A stretch of 64,000 nt of DNA, taken from assembly GCA_951406725.2 (NCBI GenBank), contig OX597816.1, positions 17,298,001-17,362,000 on the forward strand, written 5' to 3'. The notes below the pieces were generated by a model. It saw only the letters and a program-made list of their open reading frames with translations, was not told the DNA's origin and searched no databases. The stretch comes from Octopus vulgaris. Taxonomy: Eukaryota. Each line of letters begins with the position of its first letter. Position 1 is the first letter of the stretch. Below are positions 24,890 to 38,786 of the stretch, piece by piece. The position numbers and the translations under genes were made by a program.

Positions 24890-25178
24890 GCTTTCACTAA
24901 CTACTGTGCGCAGCTCTGTGTGCCTTGGGTATGTGCTGTGATTTGTTGTGATGCTCTGATGGTTATTGTATTATTATTAGGATGTGTGCAGTGCCTAGTA
25001 GTGCAATTTTCTGTATGTTATATGTGTTTGTTACTCCTGGTGTTTTTGCTATGTATTTATCTGAATATTTTTTTATCATGCCTATTGCACCTACTATGAT
25101 AGGAATTGTGTCTGTTTTTAGATTCCACATTCTGGTTACCTCTATTTCCAGGCCTTTGTATTTTGAAAGTTTCTCCAT
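24890..25178 (-). mobile_element. R4/Dong LINE 3' fragment
   Basis: EKLSKYKGLEIEVTRMWNLKTDTIPIIVGAIGMIKK...IQKIALLGTAHIL, between trinucleotide tracts. Confidence 0.8.
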
Positions 25179-25280
25179 TTCTTCTTCTTCTTCTTCTTCT
25201 CCTCCTCCTCCTCCTCCTCCTCCTCCTCCTCCTTCTTCTTCTTCTTCTTCTTCTTCTTATTATTATTATCATTATTATTA

Positions 25281-25338
<58 letters not shown>

Positions 25339-25370
25339 CATCATTATTATTATTATTATTATTAATATTA

Positions 25371-25404
<34 letters not shown>

Positions 25405-26522
25405 CATTATTATTATTATTATTATGAAGGTGGCTATAGCCTGAGGCACCATGCAATGGGACTGAAATCAGTACAATATGGATCAGAAGCAAACATTACA
25501 ACCACAAATGTGCCTGTCAATATAAACGTTAAAATACATACTTGCATTTTAATATAAAATGGTATCTTGTGTGTATATTAGCTTATGATAGAATTTTCCA
25601 GAATCCATGATTTTGAGACATTGGTTAAAAAAAAAAAGAAAAAAAATCCATCCAGGTAATCCATCAAGACTAAAAATCAAAACGGTACTTCTGCTTTCGG
25701 TCATGGCATCAGAGTTTATTAACTGACCAGTAAGATTTCCATTTTTTCCGTCTCGGATATTGCAATTCTTTATAAAAGGCTTTGTTTCTTCTCAGGTGAA
25801 ACGTTTACCTTCTTTGCAAAAGCTTTATATAAAAGTTTCGTTGATCGACAGATAATTCCAAAGTGGTATATTTTCAGTCTTAGGATTGATTCAAGATTAG
25901 GGAAGTATTTCAAACTTCATAATACTTTATGATTTTGTTTGGTTCAAGAGAAAGAAGGTGGATGTCATGACATCCGGTAACAGCTTTTCATATTCTAATA
26001 TAGAGTTTATTAATTATTTATATCTAAAGAGTGAATCCACCTTTCCTTTAAGTCTCATTTCAGATTTTTGGTTTTACATTGTTTTATAATGCACAGATAG
26101 GAGACGGCTTGTGATGTTGCAAATCAGACAAAAGGTTGTAAGTCTTACACTTGGTAAACTAAAGGAAATTACACAAGTCTTTCCATAAATATTTCTTCAA
26201 TATTTCTTGCTTCCAAGTACAAAAATCTTCTGATTAATATGGTTTCAAATTTTAGGTACAAAGCCAGAAATTTAAAAGGGGAATTGGCAAGTTGATTACA
26301 TCGACCAGAGGGCTCAAATTGTCCTTATTTCATTGACCCCCCAAAAAATGAAAGGGAAAGATAGCCCCAGCAGAATTTGAACTCAGAACATAAAGGGTTT
26401 AGAAGAAATACTGCAAAGCACTTATCCCAATGTTCTAACAATTCCGCAGGCTTGCTGCCTTAATAATAATAATAATAATAGTAATAATAATAAAATTGAT
26501 TATAATAATAATAATAATAATG

Positions 26523-26578
<56 letters not shown>

Positions 26579-26579
<1 letters not shown>

Positions 26580-27002
26580 TTACTCTTTTCTTGTGATCAC
26601 AATATAGCGGCGAAAGAATTTGACAAGATCAGTAAATATAAAGACGTGCTAATAAAATTGAAAAAATGTGGCATCTCAAGGCAACTACAGTACCAGTGAT
26701 TGTAGGATCTCTAGGAATGATTAAAAAAGGTGCTGAAACCTATATGAAAATGCTACCAGGATTACTATCCCTACAGGAAGTGCAAAAAATCGTGTTAACT
26801 GGAATGGCTCATGTACTGAGAAGAGCATTGTCGCTGTGAAAACAACATCCATTCATGAATTTATTCATTTATTAAGTTTTAAATACATATTTTATCTGTG
26901 AATTTGCACATGTAATCTGGGAATGCATACAATGCCTTTCTCTGCCCTAGGTGTACGGAAAACACTTGGTGAGAAATAGAAGAAAATTTGAAGAAAGAAG
27001 GA
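26579..27002 (+). mobile_element. R4/Dong LINE 3' end in (TAA)n
   Basis: CDHNIAAKEFDKISKYKD...(frameshift)...LQEVQKIVLTGMAHVLRRALSL* plus 3' UTR. (AAT)n/(AAC)n flanks. Confidence 0.85.
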
Positions 27003-27056
27003 AATAATAATGATAATAATGATAATAATAATAATAAAAATAATAAACAACAACAA

Positions 27057-27189
<133 letters not shown>

Positions 27190-29489
27190 AATGGTTTCAA
27201 ATGTCGGCACAGGGCCAGCAATTTCTTGGAGAGGTCAAGTTGATTTACATCAGACCTAGTTTACAACTGGTACTCATTTAATTGTGTCCAAAAGGACAAA
27301 AGTCAAAGTCAGCATTGATGGAATTTGAACTCAGAATGCTAAGCATTTTGTCTGGCATATTAATGATTCTGCCAGCTCACCATCCTAATAATTATATTAA
27401 TAATAATAATTTTTCATTATTATTATTAATAATAATTTCTTTTGATTAAGCGTATGACCAAATTCTTCCGGAATAGAATCAGTGTCAGAATATTATTAGT
27501 ACTTAATTCATCAATTCTGGAGAAACGAAGGTCAAAAACGTCTTTGACAATGTTTGAACTCTGAATATAAAAAGGTTGAAGCTAAGTTCTTTAACAAACT
27601 TAATCCAAGTACTCTTTTATTTGCATAACTTTCTATCTTACAAATTAAGTTATTAACAATCATATGGCTTATAAAAATTATTCAAATATATGAATTCTCT
27701 GAAACAAGTTGAATGATTGAATAAAATGTGCTTTATTTTGTTCTAAAGTAAATTTAAAAAAAAAAAGTTAAATGATAGATTCAAATTTATAAAGTGAATC
27801 AAAGTAAATTTGACATATCTAACTTTTAAGAGAAATATTTATTGAATAAAATACTTTGGTAATTTCCAGTATTTTGATGTAGAAATGGCAAAACTGATTT
27901 GTCTGATGAAAAAAAAATCAATAACACAGTTCAATGCTGCTTTCAAGAGAATCTGTTAGCTCACTTAAAATTTTTCGCACATCGTATTGATAATTGATCA
28001 TAATTCAAACTGAATTTTTGCTGTTATGACAGGTTTTGTTGATAAGGGTAAACTTTGATCCTCTGTACAAGTGTTAAGAAAAAAATCAATAAAGAATAAA
28101 ACGAAAAGCGAAAACAGCTAAAGAAATTTTGTAAAACAGTTCATTAGTTACTGCAAATACATTGAAAGGAGAAGGAAAAACAAGAGATACATGAAATAAT
28201 GGAGGCTGTAGAGTTTAATGTTTTCTTCCCTCTTTTACAGAAAGAGTCCTTTTGAAAAACCCCAGAGACAATTAACATTGGTTCTGAAACGAAGAAGAGA
28301 TTTAAAGATTTACCACATTCATGAACAACTCGTATTAGAATAAGAAGAAGAAGAAGAAGAAAATATAAAAGAAAAGAAACGAGGTTCCATCAATGTCTAT
28401 GACAGAGTTGGAGATTGTAAAGAAGGTCGCATTCAGTTAAATCACTTTGATAAACAATTCGAAAACAAAACAAAACACACGGAGTAATTGTTGTAGAGAT
28501 AAATATTATTGATTGTGAAGACAGCTTTTGATCATCCAACACATTATTTAGATTTTGTATGGATCGTACAATATCTCTAAGATGTTAATTATTAGGATAT
28601 AGAATGTTTACAGAAAGTAATTTTTCTTTTCATAGCTTTGGGAAACACTGGTGGCATTATTATGATTATAAACGTGATTTATGTTCTCCCAGAGACAAAA
28701 TGACTCACCCCATTGCTTGTGAATGCCATTTCGTAGTGGAAAGAGTAGAGCATTAGTAAAGATATTACTATTAATTCTTTCTCTCTTATTGTTCAGCGCT
28801 AATAAATGGAATGTGAAAGACTTTTCATTCAGAAAAAAGTGTTTTAGAAGGACGCCTATTTGGAGAAGAATGAGTGAGTATGCTTTACAGCTAAAATATA
28901 TGCAACAGGCAGAGAAAATATGGCTGTGACATGGTATTTCACATGGAGTTATATTAATATCTTAGAGGACTTTATGGAAATCAGGATATCTAATGCATGA
29001 CTTGGGTTTCATGTTAAATAGAAGAGATAATATATCACAGTTAAGGCACTGTTGTTTCACCCATTTCTGATGGTGGGAGAATTTAAAGGCATAGAATTAA
29101 GTAACAAGCCAAGATATTCAAAAATTTCTCAGGAATTTAGTTTTTACAAGAGATCTTGTTATTAAGGGTGAATTTAGATAAACTGAAGACTTAAAAGTCA
29201 ATAATCCACTATTTTGTCCATTGAAAACATCTTGTCTTTCTGGAAGAAATACTTTGAATGATATCACAAGGATTGTTAATGGGGGGTCGACCCTTTCCAG
29301 CATGGAAAAAGAGATGCTTATGATGATGGTGATGATGAGGATGAAGATGATAATGATGATGATGATGAATGATGATGACAATGACGATGAAGACAACAAC
29401 AGTGAAGATGATGATGTATATGCAATGTGTGTGGATGATGACTGGTGTGTGCAAAAATAGTTGGTATTTCAAGTTAGCAGAACATATAG

Positions 29490-29612
29490 AAGAGAGAAAC
29501 CAAGGAAGACTTAGGATGAAGAGGTGAAGGCTGACCAGGACACATTGCATTCCACAGAGGACATGCCGACGACTGTAAGGATTGGAGATCAATGGTGTTA
29601 CAGAAGACCTAC
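29490..29612 (+). pseudogene. Decayed RTE ORF C-terminus
   Basis: REKPRKT*DEEVKADQDTLHSTEDM resembles RGRPR*TWDEVVKQDLQTLGLTEEM in the 32510-33530 element. Confidence 0.55.
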
Positions 29613-30277
29613 TTATCCTTGGCAAAATCTGCTTCAACACAGGGGTGGTCTCTGAAATTATACATATGTGCAATACATACGTACACACATACATGTATAT
29701 ATACATTCATACATTCAAAGTGACAGGTAGCGTATTTGGTGTGGGAGATTATTTATTGAAAATACGATGAATATTGTCTCCAACTTTTGAACCACAACTA
29801 TCAGCCTTGTTAAATAAATGGCTAATTTTCAGATGAATTAACTGACATTTTATTGATGATCATTGTGATTTTTCGGCTGAAATTTGACTTTAGTATGCAG
29901 ATAGTTACTATAAACAGCATGGCTGGACACAACATCAACAACAACACAATCGAGGAACAGAACAAAAACAACAGCTCAATATACACACGTGTATATATGT
30001 GCATGCACGTGTGCTTGTGTGAGTGCACAGCCACTCCTGCACCTTTGTTCATAAAGAAGAGATAAATTTCTTCCAGCCTTGTCCATTCTTAAATTCCTCA
30101 CATAAGTAACGGATTATAGTAATACAATAATCCCATAAGGTGATGAGGAAGCAAAACCGTTAAAATGCTGGGAAAATGCTTCCCTGCATTTTGATCCATA
30201 TTTATGTTTAGTTTAAATTCTGTCAATGTTGACTTTTGCCTTTTATCCTTTCAGAGTAAAACAAAGAATCAGTACCT

Positions 30278-30873
30278 ATTTCTTTACAACCCACAAGGGG
30301 CTAAACACAGAGAGGACAAACAAGGACAGACAAACGGATTGAGTCGATTATATCGATCCCACTGCATAACTGGTACTTATTTAATCAACCCCGAAAGGAT
30401 GAAAGGCAAAGTCGACCTCAGCGGAATTTGAACTCAAAATGTAGCGGCAGATGAAATACCTATTTCTTTACTACTCACAAGGGGCTAAACACAGAGGGAC
30501 AAACAAGGACAGACAAACGGATTGAGTCGATTATATAAACCCCAGTGCATAACTGGTACTTATTTAATCAACCCCGAAAGGATGTAAGGCAAAGTCGACC
30601 TCGGCGGTATTTGAACTCAAAACGTAGCGGCAGATGAAATACCTATTTCTCTACTACTCACAAGGGGCTAAACACAGAGGGGACAAACAAGGACAGACAA
30701 ACGGATTGAGTCGATTATATGACCCCAGTGCATAACTGGTACTTATTTAATCAACCCCAAAAGGATGAAAAGCAAAGTCAACCTCGGCGGAATTTGAACT
30801 CAAAACGTAGCGGCAGATGAAATACCGCCAAGTATTTCACCCGGCGTGCTAACGTTTCTGCCAGCTCGCTGCT
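30278..30873 (-). mobile_element. SINE family A trimer nested in an older plus-strand SINE-A
   Basis: Units at about 30282, 30466 and 30649, single head. TSD GAATCAGTACC at 30267-30277 and 30874-30884. Host SINE spans about 30138-30950. Confidence 0.92.
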
Positions 30874-31489
30874 GAATCAGTACCAGCTGGACACTGGGGT
30901 TGATAATTGAATAGCCATTCCTCTGAAATTGCTATCTTTGTGCCAAAATACGAAACCGATGGAGTGATGCCATATTGTTTTCACCTTCCAGCAATGTCTA
31001 ACTCTTCTCTTTTATTAGTGACACTAGCAAAATTCTTCTTCTTCTTCTTCTTGTTAATGCTTTCCATTCTGTAAATTAATGTTTCTTTTTGTTAAAATGT
31101 CAATTTTTCACTTGTCAAAATGTCTTTGTCTGTCTTATTGTTTTCTTGTTTATATTTGTATTTTCATTGTGTTTATTGTTGCAAGTTCTGGTCGATGTTT
31201 TTCCACTCCCTTAAAATGTGAAGCCATAATTACAAGAATGTAAACACATGAAAAGAAAATCTAATATTTTTAAAAAGCGGACTATTTTGTCGAGTCGATC
31301 GACAGGGATGGTATATTCCAAAGTCATCTGCTTACAAAATAACTTCCACTCAAAAATAGAAAACAAAACAAACGAATCCAGCAAGACTTGGTGATAATCT
31401 GATCATCTGAGAACGATCTGAAGACACGTTGGTTCATGCAAAACTAAAACATCTACAATATCACAATCATGTTGATGATGATGATGATC

Positions 31490-31716
31490 GGCATCATCAT
31501 CATTATTATTGATGAAACAATCATCATCATCACCATCATCACCACCGCCACCACCATCATCATCATTATCATCATCATCATCACCATCGTCACCATCATC
31601 ACCATCATCACCATCATCATCACCACCACCACCACCACCACCACCATCATCACCATCATCATCACCACTACCATCATCATCATCATCATTATCATCACCA
31701 TCACCATCACCATCAC

Positions 31717-31755
<39 letters not shown>

Positions 31756-31835
31756 TATCATCATTATCATCATCATCAACACCATCACCATCATCATCAT
31801 CATCATCATCGTTGTCATTGTCGTCGTCATCATCA
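31490..31835. repeat. (CAT/CAC)n tract
   Basis: Direct inspection. Confidence 0.95.
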
Positions 31836-32052
31836 ACAGCAACAATTGTTTCTTGACCAGGACTGTGCTGGGAGCTGTTGTTTGTTTACATTGACTAAAT
31901 ACTTGATTGGTACTTTATTTTATTGATCACAGAAGACGAAAGACAAAGTCGACCTTGGTGGGAATGGAATTCAGAATGTAAAGAACTGGCAGTAATACAA
32001 CAAGGTATTTTGTTCAAAGCTCAAATGATTGTGCCAGTCCATTGCTCTTAAC

Positions 32053-32092
<40 letters not shown>

Positions 32093-32120
32093 CGATAATA
32101 ATAATATAAATAATAATATA

Positions 32121-32181
<61 letters not shown>

Positions 32182-32197
32182 TTAATGATAATAATAA

Positions 32198-33681
32198 AAA
32201 GATCAGACAAAAAGGATGTGTTATTTTAATTGACATGAGTATTCCCTGTGATCACAATATAGCGGCGAAAGAATTTGACAAGATTAGTAAATATAAAGAC
32301 CTGCTAATAGAAATTGAAAAAATGTGGCATCCCAAGGCGACTACAGTACCAGTGATTGTAGGATCTCTAGGAATGATAAAAAAAGGTACTGAAACCTATT
32401 TGAAAATGATTCCAGGCTTACCATCCCTACAGGAAGTGCAAAATATCATATTAACTGGAACGGTTCATGTACTGAGAAGAGCTCTATCACTGTGAAAACA
32501 ACATCCATTCATCATCATCCTCATCATCATCGTTTAACGTCTGTTTTTTCTGCGCTAGCATGGGTTGGACGGTTCGACCGGGGATCTGGGAAGCCAAAAG
32601 GCTGCACCAGGCTCCGGTCTTATCTGGCAATGTTTCTACTGCTGGATGCCCTTCCCAATGCCAACCACTCCATAAGTGTAGTGGGTGCTTTTTACGTGTC
32701 ACCTGCACTGGTGCCAGGCGAGGCTGGCATCGGCCACGGTCGGATTGGTGCATTTTACGTGCCACCGGCACGGAAGCCACGATTCGGATGGTGCTTTTTA
32801 CGTGCCACCGACACGGAAGCCAGTCGAGGTGGCGCTGGCATCGGCCACGATTCGGATAGTGCTTTTTACGTATATCCAGTCCAGGGGTCCTGGCATCTGC
32901 CGGGTGCCAGTCATAGAATTGGTTCAATTTCGATTCTGATTTCACTTGCCCCAACAGCTCTTCACAAGCAATGGGGGGTTGGCATAGGTGCCTGTCATCG
33001 GATGAGGTTCGATATTGACTTCGCTTGCCTCAACAGGTCTTTGTGTGTCCAGGGAGGAAAGGCATGCATAAGTGGGCTGGACTCACTTGTCCTGCCTGGT
33101 CTTCTCACGCACAGCATATTTCCAAAGGTCTCGGTCGCTGGTCATTTCCTCAGTGAGACCTAAAGTTTGAAGGTCCTGCTTCACCACCTCATCCCAGGTT
33201 TACCTGGGTCTACCTCTTCCACGGGTTCCCTCCACTGCTAGGGATTGGCACTTTTTCACACACCTATCTTCATCCATTCTCACCACATGACCATACCAGC
33301 GCAATCATCTCTCTTGCACACCACAACTGATGCTCCTTAGGTCCAACATTTCTCTCAGGGTACTAACGCTCTGTCGAGCATGCACACTGACATTACACAT
33401 CCATCGGAGCATACTGGCTTCATTTCTTGCGAGCTTATGCATGTCCTCAGCAGTCACGGCCCATGTTTCACTGCCATGTAGCATGGCTGTTCATACACTT
33501 GCATCATACAGTCTGCCTTTTACTCTGAGCATGAACTCATTTATTTATTAAAGTTTTTAAATACGTATTTTACCTGTGAATTTGCATGTGTAATCTGGGA
33601 ATGCATACAATGAGCTTCTCTGCCCTAGGTGTATGGAAAATACTCGGCGAGAAACAGAAGAAAATTTGAAGAAAGGAGGAA

Positions 33682-33682
<1 letters not shown>
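32198..33682 (+). mobile_element. R4/Dong LINE 3' end split by an RTE insertion
   Basis: CVILIDMSIPCDHNIAAKEFDKISKYKDLLIEIEKMW...VLRRALSL* at 32198-32495. The 3' UTR resumes at about 33530. (TAA)n flanks. Confidence 0.88.
32510..33530 (-). mobile_element. 5'-truncated RTE LINE (ORF C-terminus + 3' UTR + (GAT)n tail)
   Basis: Minus translation LRVKGRLYDASV*TAMLHGSETWAV...MLRWMCNV...LRWYGHVVRMDEDR...GRGRPR*TWDEVVK. UTR has internal GTGCTTTTTACGTGCCACCGGCAC repeats. Confidence 0.9.
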
Positions 33683-33722
<40 letters not shown>

Positions 33723-33943
33723 TAATAGCAGCAGTAATGATGATTTCAAATGTTGGCACATGCCCAGCAATTTCAGAGGAGAGGGTACATCAATTACATT
33801 GACCCCAGTGCTTGACTGCAACTTATTTCATCAGATGAAGCACAAAGTTGACCTTGGCTGAATTTGAACTCAGAACACCATGATGGACAAAATGCCGCTA
33901 GGCATTTTTCCTGGCATGCTAATGATTCTGCCAGCTTGCTGTC

Positions 33944-33998
<55 letters not shown>

Positions 33999-34395
33999 GG
34001 CGAAAGAATTTGACAAGCTCAGAAAATATAAAGACCTGCTCATTGAAATTGAGAAAATGTGGCATCTCAAGGCGGTTACAATACCAGTGATCGTAGGAGC
34101 ACTAGGAATGATCAAGAAGGGAACCGAAAATTATATGAGAATGATCCCTGGCTTACCATCCCTGCAAGAAGTGCAAAAGATTGTCTTAACTGGTACATCA
34201 CACGTATTGAGAAGAGCATTGTCGATGTGAGAACTATTACTACCCATGTATTTTAATTTAACTTAAAAAGAAAAAAATGAACGAACTATTGAGAATAGTT
34301 TGGTGGCCTACCAATGTATACTATGAGTTTCTTTGCCCTAGGAGTCGGGAAGACACTCGGCAAGAAATGGAAGCAAATTTGAAAGAAGGAAAAAA
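33999..34395 (+). mobile_element. R4/Dong LINE 3' end (different subfamily) in (TAA)n
   Basis: AKEFDKLRKYKDLLIEIEKMWHLKAVTIPVIVGALGMIKKG...LTGTSHVLRRALSM*. Confidence 0.88.
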
Positions 34396-34413
34396 AAATA
34401 ATAATAATAATAA

Positions 34414-34448
<35 letters not shown>

Positions 34449-34759
34449 GTAATAATAATAATAATAATGTTAATGCTGGTAATAGGAGGATGACAGTGAA
34501 AAACAAATAAGTCAAATATAATTGACAATCTTGGTAGTAATCAGCTAAGTGAGGTTGATGAAATAGTCTGTAACCATAACGTTGGGCAAAATACATTAAT
34601 ATTGGATTAAACTAAGCTATTCCTAATATACTATTTTCCTAATATTATATTAACTTGCATAATAAATAAGCTCTGTATTAAACCGAAATATTATTTTGCA
34701 CCGGTAAAATTTCATCTTAAGTAGAAGAGCATCTGGTAAAAGCTAAAAGCATAAAGATT

Positions 34760-35990
34760 TTGAAGTACCAATTTAAGGAAGCAGAATATTCAAAGCCCAG
34801 AGGGTATTTTACAAACGGAGAAGCAAAAGTATAGGGTGCAAAATGACTATCTAGTATTTTTCTATGGATATGAAAATCAGAAAGAAGAAAACACATGATG
34901 ATGGAGAATATTCAGCATCAAATGGTTGCAAAGAGTCCAAAATGACATAATTGAGATGGCAATAGACATGAACAGGATCAGTGACAAAATAAGATGTAGT
35001 TGGATCTGGACCTTGTTGGGTCTGGATCAGACATGTTCTCAGATAAGATTGAGAACGTGATTATATGGTGGCACTAAAGGGACAGCCTGAGGGGAAAAGA
35101 GCAGCAAAGTGCTTTAGAGTCACCATGATATTTTTAACCCTTTTGATACCAACCCAGCTGAAACTACCTCTGGCTCTATGCTACAAATGTCTTGTTTTCA
35201 TAAGTTCTGAATTAAAATCTTCCACCAAACCTTAGTCACAATTTATGTTCCTAACACTAGCTTAATGATAACTAAGTTATTTTACTAAATTCTTTGTTAT
35301 ATTTAAAATTAATTGAAAGAAATACAGAGCATCTCAACAGAAATATGGTAAAAAAGGGTTAAAGTCACCATGATATTTTTAACAATTTTGATACCAACCT
35401 GGTTGAAACCACCTCTGGCTCTGAGTACAAATGTTTTGTTTTCATAAGTTTTGAATTAAAATCTTCCACCAAATCTTAGTCACAATTTATGTTCCTAACA
35501 CTAGCTTAATGATAACGAAGTTATTTCACTAAATTCTTTGTTATATTTAAAATTAATTGAAAGAAACACAGAGCATCTCAAAAGAAATATGGTAACAAAA
35601 GGGTTAAAATATATAATAGAGAAACAATTCTTAACCCTTTTGATATCAACCTGGCTGAAACCAGCTCTGACTCTGAGTACAAGTGTCTTGTTTTCATAAG
35701 TTTTGAATTAAAATCTTCTACCAAACCTTAGTCAAAATTTATCTTCCTGACACTAGCTTAATGATAACCAAGTTATTTTACTAAATTCTTTGTTATATTT
35801 AAAATCAATTGAAAGAAACATAGAGCATCTCAAAATAAATATGGTAACAAAAGGGTTAAAACTACATGGTTAAGGGTCATTGACAAAAAAGGAGACAAGA
35901 TGGGTGGAGAAGGTGGAATGGGACCAGAACAATAGTAGAAAACAGAACTGGTTGGAGATATTGTGTTGTGGCCTTGTGTGCCTCATGACA
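34760..35990 (+). pseudogene. Ancient RTE C-terminal relic interrupted by MITEs
   Basis: RISDKIRCSWIW...HVLR...VALKGQPEGKRA before the MITEs and TTWLRVIDK...ENRTGWRYCVVALCAS* after them. Confidence 0.55.
35138..35855. mobile_element. Three piggyBac-type MITE copies (~221 bp)
   Basis: TTAA|CCCTTTTGATACCA...TGGTAACAAAAGGG|TTAA at 35138-35358, 35383-35603 and 35635-35855. Confidence 0.9.
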
Positions 35991-36049
35991 AAGAGAGAAC
36001 TAACTTCTTCACTACTTTAAGAAGAACAAATGACCAATAACTTGTTTTC

Positions 36050-36285
36050 AAGCAACCCACCATCTGTGTCTGTGGCAATCTGGCAGACTGGCCCCCTGTG
36101 CAGGTGGCACATAAAAAGCACCCACTACACACTCAGAGTGGTTGGCATTAGGAAGGGCATCCAACTGTAGAAACACTGCCAGATAAGACTGGAGCCTGGT
36201 GCAGCTGCTGGCTCCCCAAACCTCAGTCAAACCGTCCAACCCATGCCAGCATGGAAAACAGACACTAAACGATGATGATAATGAT
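36050..36285 (+). mobile_element. RTE 3' end
   Basis: GGAAGGGCATCC...CCATGCCAGCATGG...AAACGATGATGAT. Confidence 0.8.
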
Positions 36286-37004
36286 GTGGATGAATAAGCA
36301 TTACACTTGACAAAGAAGTCTGAATGCTAAAGGGTTAAATGGCTACAAGGGTTCACATGAATAAAATAAGGATCTAAGGGGTCCCTGCGGATTACAAAAG
36401 GGTTGAAAATTGCTGATCTAGAGTGAGTGATGAGGAAATGATAAGCTTGCATATTCTTCCTTAAAAGACATAAAACAATTGCCTTTCTCTTTACTCTCCG
36501 AATAAGAACACAGATGTTGTTTCAAACAGGTAAATAACAACGGAAAACAAGACGAAAACTACTTCAAAACAATACATGTCCATAATACGTTGGCTTGTAG
36601 GTTTTTCGCCTCTTTTGTATTTGTCCTATTTATAAAGTTTAGATCTCAGACAGATTGTAGCCTGTCTCGAGTCACTAGTCAAAGAATGGTACTATAGCAA
36701 CAACATTAGAAAGATCATTTGCAGGCCAGTAGACAGTTCAGATGTCAATTCTTTCTGGAGTTGAGCAGCTCATTGTCAGGTTTATTGGCATTTTTCAGAT
36801 TAATTTTACCAGGCATCCTTTTAATTTTTCTATCATTGATGTCTGTGTTGAAATTGGAATTCTTTCATTACCTCTACTAAATATGTGCACAAATTGATTA
36901 TTTTCAATGCTGGCATTATACTTTTTTTTCTTTCCATTCTTCATTATAGGAGGGTTCCATATATGTTAAAAAAAAAAAAGATTGTAGTACAACCACTGTC
37001 ACTT

Positions 37005-37024
37005 CTATTATTATTATCATTATT

Positions 37025-37055
<31 letters not shown>

Positions 37056-37227
37056 TTGCTGTTGTTATTATTATTATTTTTTTTTTATTATTATTTTTAT
37101 TATTATTATTTTTATCATCATCATCATCATCATCATCATCATTATTATTGTTATTATTGTTATTATTGCTACTACTACTACTATTATTATTTTATTATTA
37201 TTATTATTATTATTATTGCTGCTGCTG

Positions 37228-37303
<76 letters not shown>

Positions 37304-37717
37304 TATTATTATTGCTACTACTACTACTACTACTATTATTATTGCTACTACTACTACTACTATCATTATTGTCGTTGCTCTTGTTGTTATTGTTGTTCTT
37401 GATGATGATGTTACGTTGTTGCCATCATTATCATCATCATCATCAGCAACATTTTTTTTAAAAGAAAGAAAAAAGACAAGTAAAAAAAAAGAACTGAAGA
37501 ATTTCTGGAAGTAACATTTTAAAATTTTGTTTTTTGTGAGTTTTGAACAAATCAATTACCAGTTCTCTCGTTGTAAGCCCTACCATAGTTTGTTGGAGCT
37601 GTTTGGTTTTTGTTAACCATTTTTTTTATAGTCTTTTTTAAAAAAAATTTCTTCTTGAGGAATGTCTTCACTCTCTATCAGCCAACTGCATAGATGGAAA
37701 ATTGGAAGTTACATCAC

Positions 37718-37750
<33 letters not shown>

Positions 37751-38120
37751 CAAACACACACTCACACAAACACACACACACACAAACACACGCACACTCA
37801 CACAAACACACACACATGCAAACACACACTCACACAAACAAACACACACTCACACAAACACACATGCACACAAACACACATGCAAACACACACACATGCA
37901 AACACACACACATGCAAGCATGCATGTACAAACACACACACACAAACACACACACATGCAAACACGCACAAACACACACACACATGCAAAAACACACACA
38001 CAGATGCAAACATGCATACACAAACACATACACACATAAACACACACACAGAAACACATACAAACACACACACATGCACATGTAAACACCCATACACAAA
38101 CACACACACACACCCCACAC
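37005..38120. repeat. (TTA)/(CAT)/(CTA)n tract and cryptic (CA)n tract
   Basis: Tracts at about 37005-37445 and 37720-38120. Confidence 0.95.
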
Positions 38121-38786
38121 AAGAAAATGACTGTTGTCTTTTTCCTTGTGTAAAAGGGGAAAATATAATTGGAGAACTTTTGTTGTAGCTGTTCACATCC
38201 AGGTCAGCTCTCATAGAGTAAACCTCTTCTGTCTCAGAGAACATGCAATGATCATGGGCTCTGTCCCTCCCTCCAGATTCAGCTAGTAAATATAAAAAGA
38301 GAAAATAGAAAGAAAAAAAAACAAAACAAATTTTGATTAAAGCATTTTAGTTAGGACCATTCTGGTTTTTGATACACCAGGGACAAGATAGCATGTGTCC
38401 TTCCTTTTCTAAGATTATTATCTTAGATGTTACAGGGAAATTTGACTGTCATTTCTAGTAGATCAAGTAACCATATAGGAGATCTTTCATTGGTCTGTTA
38501 TGGGCAAATGTAATCCCCCAAAGGAATTTCACATAATCCTTTCTATTATAGGCACAAGGCCTGAAATTTGGGGGAGGGGAACAGTTGATTACATTGACCT
38601 CAGTGCGTTACTGGTACTTATTTTAGTGACCCCAAAATGATGAAATGCAAAATTCGAACCTGGCAGGATTTGAACTCAGATCATGGAGACTGACAAAATA
38701 TCACTAAGCATTTTGCCCAATGGAATAGTGATTCTGCCTGAAAGACATTTCACATCTTAATATTTAATAATAATGGTGATAATATT

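Noticed and set aside
32492-33163. 223-aa plus-strand ORF, the longest in the track
   Set aside because: Antisense to an RTE 3' UTR with internal repeats. No recognisable protein.
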